From: Lepidodermella squamata
Taxonomy: Eukaryota > Animalia > Gastrotricha
Length of the DNA stretch: 64,000 bases
Reading direction: 5' to 3'
NCBI GenBank assembly: GCA_047495785.1
Contig: JBLDXI010000033.1
Span: forward strand, 2,852,001-2,916,000
Both the position numbers and the translations under genes were made by a program. Below are positions 52,461 through 63,698 of the stretch, piece after piece. Within the stretch, counting starts at the first letter, position 1, and every line of letters starts with the position of its first letter. A model generated the notes under the pieces. It saw only the letters and a program-made list of their open reading frames with translations. It did no database searches and was not told where the DNA came from.

Positions 52461-53189
52461 CCTTGTATAGAAAACATGTTTGGAGTTAGTGACGCGAGCC
52501 AATCAGCTTTCGACAAATTTCAATTCCGACATTTTGAAGATGCACTTTTCATTCTTTTCTTCCGCATTTTAAGAATTAATTAATTTTTTATATGGCTCAG
52601 AATTCAGGAACACCTTTCTTGCACGACTGACTAAACAAACCGTGGTTCCGCACGAACTGAAGTTGAGTTCGGTCATTCCAGCTAATTTCGTCAGCCTGCG
52701 AAAAGCTAAATCTTCAATAAATTTCAAGTGAAAAGGTCGTGCGGCCAAGTTTCATCCCGTTTCTTCCTGGTCGTTTATGCCAGCATAGAACAAAGTGATG
52801 CCATCGGTTTTCTACCGGGGTTTATATCATCGGAAGAGAATTATACGGTGTGTTTTCTGGTTTATAATTTTTGTAATTAAAAAACCGAGAAAAATCGCGT
52901 CTTGATAGCGTGCGCCGGAAAGAACAAGTCGATGCTATCTTTTAAAGGTCGGCAATCTGCGGAATGTAGACCACGCAGAACGGCAGAACTGCGGCCGGTG
53001 GTTACGCCATGCCGATTGATTGAATGATTGGTGGACGTGTATGAGTGATTTTTGGTTCGTTTAAGGCGAATTCTGAAAAATAAGTGCGACTTAATTTCTG
53101 CGAGTAGAAACTTTCTTGCTTATGGTTGGCCGAGGTCGACGGTCCTTAGATAAACTCGTGCTTCTGAATTCGCTGAAGTACCCGTTCCG
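52461..53189. repeat. Dispersed repeat, copy A (without tRNA cluster)
   Basis: Colinear blocks shared with 58062-59851, e.g. TGACGCGAGCCAATCAGCTTTCGACAAATTTCAATTC, GAACTGAAGTT.AGTTCGGT, GTGCGCCGGAA and CGGTCCTTAGATAAA. Confidence 0.8.
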
Positions 53190-53894
53190 ATTCACCAACA
53201 TAGATGTAACTTCGTCCCATTGAATTGCTGTGGATATGAAAGATGCTATTTCCGCAGTTGACTTAGATTAGGCCGAGGAATTTAGTTTATTCTCAACCTG
53301 GAATTTCCTGATGGCGGGATCCGTTATCTTAATTAATTTATTTCTTTAGTTCTTGATCTTTTTACATCTTACTATCGGCATGCGCCAAGACAGTCTTCGT
53401 GCTATCAACGAAATCACCGATATACGGTAGTAGAAGAAAACCCATAATACTTAATTTTATTATAATTGTTCATTTTTATATACTGTAGATCTCAATTCAC
53501 AACTTGAGCCAGCTGATTGACTTTCGGCGCGTTGTGTGGCAAGAAACAAGCCACAAGACGGCGAACATCAGGAGCGCTGGCGAGATAAGCGGCCGATATA
53601 ATGTGAAATGTGAATAGCCTCGCGTTGACGATGGGCAAAGCAAAAGGGACCAACACCTCGTGCCTCCTTGCGAAAGTAGGTTGCAACGTGGCGTAACCCG
53701 GCCGGTTCGTCGGTGTTTTTATCTTCCAGCGAAAGCGTTTTTTTGGTGATGAGGCGAACCAGGCGGCGAGAAAAAATGCGCCTAAGCAGCCTTGGTGTAA
53801 TCTTTTCTTGAATTATTCTTGAGTGACGGCAGCTGAAACGTTTCTGCAGCAGGAGACAGCGCGGTAGTCTGCAATACTGGATTTTGCTTCAATC

Positions 53895-54860
53895 ATGTCG
53901 CGTTTTTGTCCACGCTATTTCTCCAACAGATGCCAACGTATTGGAAGCTCGGTCTACCTACCTGTGGCCTACGGCGTGCCGCAAGGTAGTGCCATTGGTC
54001 CGGTTCTGTTTCTGCTGTACGTGGCAGATCTACCCGCTGCGATGTCACCCAATGCCACCCTGTACCAGTTCGCTGATGACGTCGCGCTCGTTGTCTCTGC
54101 CAAAACTCGCGACCAACTCGAGGCGGCTATGCAGCGTGAGCTGGACACTGTCGACCGATGGATGAAGGCAAATCGACTAGCCCTCGCTGCCAACAAAAGC
54201 CAGGTGATGTCGATCGCCTACAATACTACTTCCGAACCCATCGATGTTTCGTTAAACGGGCAAAAAATCGAACCGGTGGACCAAGTCAAATACCTCGGTT
54301 TCATCATCGATTCCCGCCTGTGTTGGTCATCACACATCGATCTAATCGCGAAACGTGTCTCATGGAGAATCAGCCAGTTTTACCAACTACGACGCTTTCT
54401 ATCAAAGAAGCAATTGCGAAACGTATACTGCGCTGTGATCCAGCCCTACTTCGACCGCGGCGACAAGGTCTGGAGCACCACCACCAAGGGCAACCTCGAC
54501 CGTCTTCAGCGTCTTCAAAACCGAGCCTGCCGTGTGATATGCGGCGTTCGTCTACGCGACAGAAAACGAAGCGAAGAACTGCGGAACAGCCTGAAGCTCG
54601 ACGATCTAGCTACTCGGCGCCGCAAGCGATACTCCGCCTTCGTGAAGAAGCTCCAAGTCAGCGGGCATAAAGTCGCCGGAAAATTTGCCATGCCATCACT
54701 GCGACCTGAATCTCGGCATCAAGCGCCACTACTACCTTCCACCTCCACATCTGCCGGCCAGCTGACGGTCCGATTTCGGGGGACAGCGCTGATACGAGAC
54801 GAGCACGGCATGCAGAACGTACGAAAGCTAATGAACAGTTTTGTGAGAGGCGCCTTATAA
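53895..54860 (+). mobile_element. 5'-truncated non-LTR retrotransposon (CR1/L2-group) RT C-terminal half
   Basis: GVPQGSAIGPVLFLLYV, FADD, KYLGFIIDSRL.W..HI and LQRLQNRACR motifs in an uninterrupted 321-aa ORF. Confidence 0.92.
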
Positions 54861-55874
54861 CTACCTCGTGTTTTTCTACTATCTTTTCTCCTGATTACCT
54901 ATATAGCACCTTAGTCTATGTTTCTCTTCTTTTCTTGTCACTATGGTTTCAGAGAGATCAGCTGATGGAGAGTGTTTACGCAAACTTCTTGTTTGTTTTG
55001 GGCGTATAACGGCAAATCCGTCGCCTTCGCTTCTCATTTCCAACTACGAGTAGACTAGTAAACCAGCGGCGTCGACTGATTGTTTCTTTCCAGCGTGACT
55101 ATGAAAAGTGTCCACTTTAGTGATTGTTGTTAGCTATTAGTTTCAGTACTCCTCTGTTTTCATGTCCTAACTAATTATATTTATGTCTGTGAATTAATGC
55201 CTGTGAAAATTTGTCTATTTCTACCCAGATACCTATATTTGTCAGATTTTTCTCTCTACAATTTTCATGATTTCTATTTCTATGTCTAAATGTCCTGTGT
55301 GCGTGTGTGTGTCAAAAGTTGTCAACAAACTTACCGCAATAAAACTTTGAACTTTGAACCACGAACTTTTTCGTCCAGCCTCCCGATTCGAACATTTCAC
55401 ATTTTGCCAGCGCAGGACATTTTGATCGTTCGCCCTCGACCTGACCGAAACAACTGCGCAGATTCGGCGTTGTGGCGGTGTGGCGAATTGAGCATTTTGT
55501 GTCTTTGCCAATTTTATTGTTTTGACGTCGTTACGCGAAACAATTCTCCAAATCATCGAGCTGCAAAATCAACTAGAAGGCGAATTTTGTTCTTGTGAGA
55601 GTTTCTAGTTGATTTTGAATTGTCATGTACCTTTTATATGTGAAACTTTGGTACGATACTCGCGTTTTTCATCTCTTGGCTTCCGGTTTCTATGAAATTA
55701 CAACGCCGCGCAGCTGGTTAAAACTATTCTCGCGCGCACTTATTACTAATCGCGCAACTTATTGACTTATTGTTATCCCTTGCGCAAACATCGACGATCG
55801 ACGCACTAGCTGTTACGCGCCTAAATAAACAAAGATGTTGACGCTCAGAAATTTCGGCACATTGTGACGGATAA

Positions 55875-56835
55875 AATTTTAATATGGAAATTGAACAGAA
55901 CAACCAGATCGCTCTCTGCGGTGCTCTCGTGAAGACAACTGGGTCGGTTCTGAAGACTGAGGTGTACCACAAACCAACGGACACCGGGCTGTTGTTGCAC
56001 TTTCAGAGTCACACCGACACCAAGTATAAGACGTGCCTCATCAAGACCATGCTGTATCGCGCCTACCGGCTTAACAGTGAATGGCTCGGATTCAACAGGG
56101 AAGTTGATCATCTGCGTAAAACCTTTTAGAATCTTCAATACCCTTTAGCCATGTTTGAGAAGCTGTTGGCATCATTTGTTGACAAGGTTGACCAATGGTA
56201 TAAAAACTGAGGAAACGAAGACCGAACCTGTACGCTTTGTGTTACCCTACAAAGACGGGAAAAGTGCTCGACAAGTCAAGATGAGACTCAATGATCTTTC
56301 TGGAAAACTCCGGGGGGCTGTTCAAGCCATGTTCACAAGCCGGAAAATCAACGAAAATTTCTGAGCGAAGGAGATCAAGCCCGAACTCGTAAACCGCCAG
56401 TGCGTCGTATATCGTTTTTCATGTCGCCAGTGTGACGCTGGCTATGTTGAGATGACCACACGGCACCTACATCAACGGGTCGAAGAACACAAGCTCGTTT
56501 CGAGTTCAAGTGGCAAACATCTGGCCACACACAAACTGCCTGACAGCTTTGACATCAATGCTCACTTCAAAGTATTACGCAAGTGCAGCAACAGGTGGGA
56601 CTGCTTGGTCCACGAAAGTCTACTCATCAAGCAGAAAAAGATTGCTGTGAGCTTCAACGTGCAGTCCGACTCAATAAAATTAAAGCTATTTTGACAGTTT
56701 CTATTTTCATCCTGATACCTTGTTGTGCTTTCGTTCTTTTCCTGTAATGATTTCTTGTTGTGTTTTCTTTTGTTGTAGCCTGATGATGGTCCGCGCAAGG
56801 AACGAAACGTCGCCCGTTATAAATAATAAAGTTGT
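55875..56835 (+). mobile_element. Penelope-like element (PLE), 5'-truncated and disrupted
   Basis: RT C-terminal motif TEVYHKPTDTGLLLHFQSH, then GIY-YIG endonuclease VVYRFSC..C...YV..TTRHLHQRVEEH...ESLLIK; in-frame stops and a frameshift; AATAAA at ~56825. Confidence 0.9.
56774..56820 (+). ncRNA. Minimal type I hammerhead ribozyme motif at the PLE 3' end
   Basis: CTGATGA 56780-56786, stem II GGTCC/GGAAC, GAAA 56804-56807, palindromic ACGT helix III and GTC cleavage triplet 56809-56811; stem I is only 2 bp. Confidence 0.65.
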
Positions 56836-57339
56836 AATCAGAAGCAACTTGCGGTCGCTTTCTTTTTTGGTTATTCATTAGCGAGAAATGTGCATTATAT
56901 TCCGAATCTATCCGCAAATCTCTTAAGTGTAACTCAGCTCGTGTTATCAGGAAAGAAAGTTGAATTTGAAGGTAGACACGGTAGCGTGGTTGATAGGTGA
57001 GGAATCCATGGTCTTGGCGGATTTGATCGGCAAGCTTTGGAATTTGCGTGGCGTACCGGTCGCCAGCGCGACGCCATCTACTTCTTCGACCAGCTTCCCT
57101 TCTTCTCCTGACTGCTTGCTTCTTCTCAAAAGCATTAGGTTTCAACTGTGTCTTCACCGTCTATTGCTCGGGTTTTCAATTTTTATACAATGAACTCATT
57201 GGAATTTCATCGATTTCTTAGCCAATATGACTGGAACTATATATCATTGAAAACACACCTTCCACAGATGTGTGCTACATGCGTCTTCTCAGAATTATAT
57301 ACCTGCGTTTCTTTCTGTTTGCGCCTCGACGAAAACATC

Positions 57340-57730
57340 GCAGTGCGAAGAGTGCTCCGTGGATGAATTTTGACTTGCGCGGTCGGCTGAGAAATCTGCG
57401 TAAATTGTCCTCTAAATTGAACAGTTCTGGAGTTTTGCCATCAGCAAATTCGACATATCGTGCTGCTAGAAGCTCCTATCAAAAGGCCTATCGAATTGAA
57501 AAGGAAAAATTTGAGAATGCCACTATTTCCGATCGCTCTCTGAGCTTGTTCTAATCTTATGTTTATACTCGGTTCAAATCACGTTCTGCGATACCGCCCT
57601 TGCTTCATAATAAGGCTTATTATGAAAATTAGATGTGCACAAAACAAATATCTTGTGAAATGTTTTCTCGGATGCTTATAACAAAAAATCACTGAAGTAT
57701 GAAGCGAAATTCCGATCACTCGATGACTGC
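57340..57730 (+). mobile_element. Degenerate non-LTR ORF2 fragment (endonuclease-RT linker)
   Basis: APWMN...YRAARSSY...IEKEKFE...F*SYV...KSRSAIPPL pattern with a stop codon. Confidence 0.5.
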
Positions 57731-58303
57731 CTTCAGGATATAACCTTCAGGATCGTGTCTTGTACTTCATCGCTTCATCGCTTCATCGCTTCAACTCGCG
57801 AGCGTTCAAAAAGTGGCATTAACGTTTAGTGCGCTTGAATGTGAATGAAGTCAAACGCATGGCCTCTCACGGTTTAATTAAAAAAATCTTCTCAGTATGT
57901 CTGTGAGAGCACTGAGCCGCGGTGTTCTCGATTTAGTTCATACTGATTTGGCAGGTCGTGAGCCGACTGTACCTGCTGTCATTCAAAGATGATTATTCTT
58001 CCTACTGTTTAGGTTTCCACTTGTTACAACGTTTTATTTCTTCTACGATCATCTCTTATAGCCTTGTATAGAAAACATAATTCGAGTCACTGACGCGAGC
58101 CAATCAGCTTTCGACAAATTTCAATTCGGAAATTTGGAAGATGCCGTAGTGGAACCAGTGAATCCACAATTATCTGATTGGTCGGGTGGCTTCAAGTCTG
58201 TGATTGGTTGGTTCAAAGAGCACGCGACACACATGGTTCGAGGGGTTGGTTTAATTTTTTTTCTGCGATCATGAAATTTGAAATGTAGCGGTAAGTGCCA
58301 TCC

Positions 58304-58376
58304 GCCGAGATAGCTCAGTTGGGAGAGCGTTCGACTGAAGATCTAAAGGTCCCTGGTTCGATCCCGGGTCTCGGCG
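58304..58376 (+). tRNA. tRNA-Phe(GAA), variant
   Basis: Cloverleaf, anticodon loop CTGAAGA, A/B boxes, oligo-T terminator; one C-T mismatch in the anticodon stem and G at the discriminator. Confidence 0.85.
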
Positions 58377-58445
58377 TACTTTTTTACGCCGCCTTTGGCC
58401 TATCCTAATTGCCATGTTAGAAACCCGCGGGGGTTTTCTATCGCA

Positions 58446-58517
58446 GGCCCGTTGGTCTAGGAGTATGATTCTCGCTTCGGGTGCGAGAGATCTCGGGTTC
58501 AATTCCCGAACGTGCCC
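58446..58517 (+). tRNA. tRNA-Pro(CGG), variant
   Basis: CTCGC-TTCGGGT-GCGAG anticodon arm, intact T arm, T-run terminator; one acceptor-stem mismatch and an altered D loop. Confidence 0.8.
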
Positions 58518-58593
58518 ACTCGTTTTTTCTTCATTTGAATTTCAACAAGGTATTGAAAATTTATCACATAATCCAGGCATTTAATTTCATATC

Positions 58594-58665
58594 TCCCTGG
58601 TGGTCTAGTGGTTAGGATCCCGCGCTTTCACCGCGGCGACCCGGGTTCGATTCCCGGTCAAGGAA
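58594..58665 (+). tRNA. tRNA-Glu(TTC), variant
   Basis: CCGCG-CTTTCAC-CGCGG anticodon arm, canonical D and T loops; one C-A acceptor mismatch. Confidence 0.85.
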
Positions 58666-58719
58666 AGTTTTGCTTTGAAATGAGTTTTTTGCAAAAATCA
58701 CTGCTTATTGCTTATCGCA

Positions 58720-58792
58720 AAAAATCTCAGGGGAATCGAACCTTCAATCTTCTGCTAACTGGGCAGACACTGTATCACTAAGCTACTTTCCC
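58720..58792 (-). pseudogene. Degenerate tRNA, probably Thr(AGT)
   Basis: TCTGC-CCAGTTA-GCAGA arm and GGTTCGATTC B box; acceptor stem unpaired. Confidence 0.5.
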
Positions 58793-58863
58793 TTTTGGCT
58801 TGGATGGCCATTCAGTCCTAAATTTAAGCTGCCGAAGCAAACGATTCGTGGCAATAAATCTTT

Positions 58864-58936
58864 TGTAGGATACGAGTGCCGATCCTTTTGCCTCTCGCAT
58901 GTTAAGCGAGTGCTCTACCATTTGAGCTAATACCCC
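58864..58936 (-). pseudogene. tRNA-Ala-derived pseudogene with AAC (Val) anticodon
   Basis: Body matches eukaryotic tRNA-Ala(AGC) (GGGG..TTAGCTCAAATGGTAGAGC, ATCG T loop, G3:U70); loop TTAACAT; T stem broken. Confidence 0.75.
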
Positions 58937-59012
58937 ATGTATTTGAGTCAATATTAAAAAAAAGCATTCTCAACAATAACGTAAAACCAGCAGTAAGTTT
59001 TTGAAAAGCTGG

Positions 59013-59091
59013 CGCCCTTCGGGAGACTTGAACCACAGAAACTGCGATTAACTGCTCACGGGAGACCAGGGTTCGATTCCCTGCCAAGGAG
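59013..59091. pseudogene. Fused back-to-back tRNA 3' halves: Asn-like (minus, ~59013-59055) and Asp-like (plus, ~59056-59091)
   Basis: CTTGAACCAC...GATTAAC resembles reverse-strand tRNA-Asn; TCACGGGAGACCAGGGTTCGATTCCCTGCCAAGGAG resembles the tRNA-Asp 3' half. Confidence 0.55.
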
Positions 59092-59148
59092 CTAGCTTTT
59101 TCCTCGATTTTAAAGCTGAACTATGCGTATTGGCCAAAAATGTACAAC

Positions 59149-59221
59149 CGCCCGATGTGGGGCTCGAACCCACGACCCTGGAATTAAGAGTCCCATGCTC
59201 TACCGACTGAGCCAACCGGGC
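59149..59221 (-). tRNA. tRNA-Lys(CTT)
   Basis: Fully paired cloverleaf, loop CTCTTAA, T5 terminator at 59140-59136. Confidence 0.93.
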
Positions 59222-60069
59222 TGAGACTGAGTAGTGTACTGCTACATTTTATATTTCCTTACTGGCACTTATCATTGCAACCTTTTCTTTCATATTTAAG
59301 AATTAGTCATCTTGTTTGGCTCAGAATGCCGGAACTCTTTTTTGCACGATTGACGAAAAAATGGTGGTTCAGCAGGAACTGAAGTTTAGTTCGGTGAAAA
59401 TTGGTCCTCATTTCAAAATTTTGTTGACAATTTGATCAGTTGTTGACTAGGTATCAAGTGGTGACCAATGAAAACTATTTTCAATATTTGCACAGAATTT
59501 GGCATGCATGGGTTTTTTTACGTGAATTGGTAGACATTATCTTTCGTGCGTAATCTTTCGTGATCGCGATGTAGCCCTATTTGTTGTCAAAGTTGAGCAG
59601 TGCGCCGGAAGCAACAAGTTGATTCTATCTTTTTAAGATCAGCGATCTGCGCAATGGCGATGAAGTAGCTCGGCAGAACAGGGCGACTGCGCCTTATTGT
59701 CGTCCGGCTTAACGCGAAACTACTGTATATTGTTTATTTTGCCTGATCGTTTGACGTCATGTCGATTGATTGGCTGGCCGAGTTCGGCGGTCCTTAGATA
59801 AAACTCGTGCTACTGAATTCGCCCGTTCTACCAGTGTAAGTACCCGTTCCGCAGTGCTCCAAAAAGTGGTTTTCTGTCTCGTAATCTGTACTAAGCCTTG
59901 GATAAAACTGTCTCTTGTCTGCCATTATATAAACATGGCAAAGTGAAAGATTTGTCTCTTTACTTGTCTCTTTCTCGCGTATCGCCAACAAATAGCGATA
60001 AAAAATTTCGTAAAATTGAATACATGCTAGTTAAGGATTAAGGAACGAGGATTGAAAACTTAGATTAAA

Positions 60070-60477
60070 CGGTTGTGTGCGAAAAGAGCAAGCGAAATAA
60101 GAGCAATGATATGAGAGCAATGACAAAAGAGCAAAACGAAATAAGAGCAACGAGATAAGAGCAGAACGACGAAAGAGCAATTATTAATGATAAATCACGA
60201 AAAAATAGTGGCACGCGATCATATATTTTTCCGCATCATTATCAAGTGATTAGCGGAGCGGTTAAACAGCAATTCGAGCTACTTGAAGGGTCGAGATTCA
60301 CTTGTCTGTTCAAAGAAAAAAAACAAGTCGCGTGCCACTATTTTTTTCTTGATTTATCATTAATAATTGCTCTTTCGTCGTTCTGCTCTTATCTCGTTGC
60401 TCTTATTTCGTTTTGCTCTTATGTCATTGCTCTCATATCATTGCTCTTATTTCGCTTGCTCTTTTCGCACACAACCG
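60070..60477. mobile_element. Foldback-type MITE with ~150-bp TIRs made of AGAGCA sub-repeats
   Basis: Arms 60070-60218 / 60328-60477 are near-perfect reverse complements; flanking duplication (G)ATTAAA(C). Confidence 0.92.
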
Positions 60478-60799
60478 ATTAAACATGAAACATGAACCTG
60501 TCTGTTTCCAAACATTATTTAAATCCGTGATTTAACATGAAAACGAAGGTAGTAGAAAACAAGCAAGCGGTGTATTTTATTCTTCAATTATTTACAAAAC
60601 GCCGGCCACGGGTGGGCTTTGGGCGCACACCGCGTGATCGCAAGTGATAAGAATTGTAGATTATTATATATTAGTTGTAGTTTATAATTATCGAGGTATT
60701 ACGTTGTTTCGATATTAGCGGCAGGTGGATACACAAAAGATTTTAGCGTCTTACGATAGAGATGAGCTAGAGATATTATTCTGGATAAATTTACATTTT

Positions 60800-61600
60800 T
60801 AATATATTTACAGCAGTTGATTGATTCGTAGATATCTTTCGGGTCGGCATTAGTATCTTCAGAATTGTCATCAATATAATTTTTGTAATACGGAGTACGG
60901 AGTATGCTTACAATTAGTGTACAGGTGAGTTAAGTGGTCGGTCGCATCTAAATGAACTTTGACGGAAGAAAGAAGATCATCGCTGAATTTGAAACAGAAA
61001 ATACATTTAATACCAAAATTATTTATATAACAAAAAGGTTTATGAATAGAATTAGTTCGGAGCATAGCTAAAGTTTGAATATTTTTCATCGACCAGAAGG
61101 CTTTCCTAGTACTCGAGTATAGCAAAAATTTGTTATATGTTTCATCGGTATATACTGGATTTTGGTATAATGTTTTTAGGGAGGAGATTGTCGACAATTT
61201 GTCGTCGTTTACCCATCTTTCAAACCATTTCCCAAGTAGGGCAAGACCCTCTTTTAAGCGAATTCTGACATGCATACGCTTGAAGTTCATCTAGCATTTG
61301 TTGTAATTGTTCCGGGCTCTCCGCCATTAACGCAAAGTCGTCTGCGTAAAGTATCGCTAAAATCACGTATTCTCCGAAGGTTAGCCCCGGAAAGATTTTC
61401 ATTATATGAGGAATCAAATCGTTTATGAATATGCAAAAAAGGAGCGAGGAGAGCGGGTCTCCCTGCCGCACGCCTACATTCGACGTGATCGGGTGGCTAA
61501 ACCATATCGACGACTTCAACCTCAAAAATAACTTATTTTCTGCGTACATGTTTCTTATTACATCGACGAGAAAACAAAGCAGAAGCAAATCAAGTAGAAA
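60800..61600 (-). mobile_element. Disrupted non-LTR retrotransposon RT fragment
   Basis: GVRQGDPLSSLLFCIFINDL and YADD motifs, an apparent internal deletion, then a Cys/His-containing C-terminal ORF (C..C...H....C). Confidence 0.85.
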
Positions 61601-61679
61601 TTGCGTTTATAATTATTCTTATCAAACCGCCCGAAGCATGCGTCTCACTTGTGCTTTTGCTCGAAAACTTCAAAATTTA

Positions 61680-63600
61680 ATCTAGAAAAGAACGCTTTTA
61701 TCGTTGCGTGCGAAACGAACTGCCAGTTGGCGGGACCACCGGGAAATCGCAAATTCAGCCCCTTTCGAATTATCGAATCCGCGTTCAATCGGCTATGCCC
61801 GTTCCACCGAATGAAGGTCTCGGAATCGATTGCGTCTGGCGACCGGGCGCCCTCCAGGGAGACGCGATTCGGTTGATGGTTGATCCCATTGATTCAACCA
61901 CTGATTCAGCAGGAGAGGGTCGAAACGAGAAATTCATGCCGCTGTTCGGGCGTAGAAATTAGGGAACGATTGAATGGTACCGGCTTTTTACCGTCTCGCG
62001 TAATTTTCTCTCTTCCAAACCGGAGTACTTCGTAGACAACATCATCGGTCATTGGAATTTGCGATTCAGCCGCGTTTCTCATGTCACAAGCCGTCGGAAC
62101 CGCTGAAAGTTTCGTCAAGCGACACTTGCCTTCATATTCATCCGCGCCGAAACCTTCTCTTTAAAGACGTGGTTAAATCGGCAGCGAAATCCTCAAGCTC
62201 TTTGCTAACTTCATCGATAACTTTTTTCGCCCGTTGCCAAAAATCGATATGTTGTTTCTTCGAATGTGTTGAATTTAATCATGCCGAACAAGTCGATATA
62301 TTCTGCGGTGGCGACCGCTCGTTCGGCTGTCGTTAGTGCGACTTGTTGTACAGTCGTCGATAGTTTGCTGAGCAGCAAATAGACGTCGAACAGCACAACG
62401 ACTCAAGTGATGAGGCAAGCGTCAAGCATGTCTGACAGAGAGTGCTTTTGTTCGCGTAAAGCTTGCAGCATAGGGGCAGCCTCGTTGAGAAATGCTGGTA
62501 TCACGCGGTGCTGATGAGCAGCAAACTTTGTCTCGCTTTCGTTCTTCAAAATCAACAGCTTGCGATCTGGAAGCAGTGCTGAGTGGGCCTGTCGCAGCAG
62601 TCGACCGCGGCACCGTGTTGAATGTCCTGTCGACCCAGGAGCGCAATTTGCGAGCGTCGTCTTCGGCTAAAAAATGAAAATTTGTTTTATTCGAATCGAA
62701 ACATTTAATCAATCGAACTAACCGATTCCAGTCAAATGTGCAGGATCCCACCAATAACATCTCTCCCTGCCATCTGGAAACGGGGCAGAAGCCTTTCAAG
62801 CTCACCTGGCACATCCAGCTGAAAATATTGGCCATCGAAGCTGCCACCGTGAATTTGCCGACTGATTTCGAACGATTCAGCCACCGAGAAGATGTGTTTA
62901 GCCAGTGCTTCGCTAGTGTGGCCGGATTTAAGTACAGCTGCTCGAGTTGAGGAGTGTTTGACCAAACAGCCGACCATTTGATAGGTTCGATGATGCACCG
63001 TCATCTTGTCAGCTAATAGCATGACTGGCGGGGGTTTGTTAGTGCACTCGAGAGGCGCTGTAATTTTCGAAACAAATTCCTCGCGGCAGACGGCGGCGAA
63101 CAAGGGACGCATAGAACGTAGAAACTCAGCACTGTGGTTCAGATTTCCGACTTTTCCTTGTTCTCCTCGCAAACAGACATTGTTTGTTCGAATATTCTGG
63201 TCCATCCTTGAAAATTTGATAGCAATGGCGACCAACGCACATTCCAAATTTTTTGTTGCGAAGTTCAATTTTCCGAGCCTCAGCATCCGCGGCTTCGAGT
63301 TGCAGAACGTTATGCTTGCGTCTAGCTATAATAAGGCAGCGATAAATCGTATTCAAATGTGAATTTCAAGGCGGCTTACCTGTTACGTAAAAATGCTTGA
63401 TGACAACGGTTTTCAGGTTCACGAATTGCACGGGTTGATTTTCTTCTGCGTGAAATTTGATCGGCAAATCGGAAGGATAAGTAAACGACAGTTTGCAAGC
63501 CCTGCATGCGACTTTCTTGAATTTTGTGATGACGAGCCATTTGTTGATTTCCGGAAATTTGTTCGCATCGCTGCAATTTCGAAGCAGCGTTTCGGCGTGT
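61680..63600 (-). mobile_element. Degenerate DNA transposase, probably hAT superfamily
   Basis: Frameshifted ORFs with C..C, GNLNHS..F, LLADKMT, GHTSEALAK and SFDGQY segments resembling the first two catalytic Asp regions of hAT-type transposases; termini not seen. Confidence 0.55.
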
Positions 63601-63626
63601 AACGCGCTACACGAGTGCTCGAAAAG

Positions 63627-63698
63627 TGTCGTACCCGGGGATTGAACCCGGGCTGCCTTTCTGAGAAGGCACGGCTCTAACCTTTGAGCCACCATGGC
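63627..63698 (-). pseudogene. tRNA-like sequence (pseudogene or SINE head)
   Basis: A box TGGCTCAAAGG, B box GGTTCAATCCC, paired D and T arms, TTTT downstream; 6-nt anticodon loop and poorly paired acceptor stem. Confidence 0.6.

Larger units (their letters stand above)
58062..59851. repeat. Dispersed repeat, copy B (contains a 1.12-kb tRNA cluster at 58145-59266)
   Basis: Homology to copy A stops at GAAGATGC (58144) and resumes at GCACTTATCATT (59265). Confidence 0.8.

Noticed and set aside
63655-63672. Possible UGA-suppressor or Sec tRNA (TCA in the loop)
   Set aside because: The loop has 6 nt, there is no long variable arm and the acceptor stem is mostly unpaired
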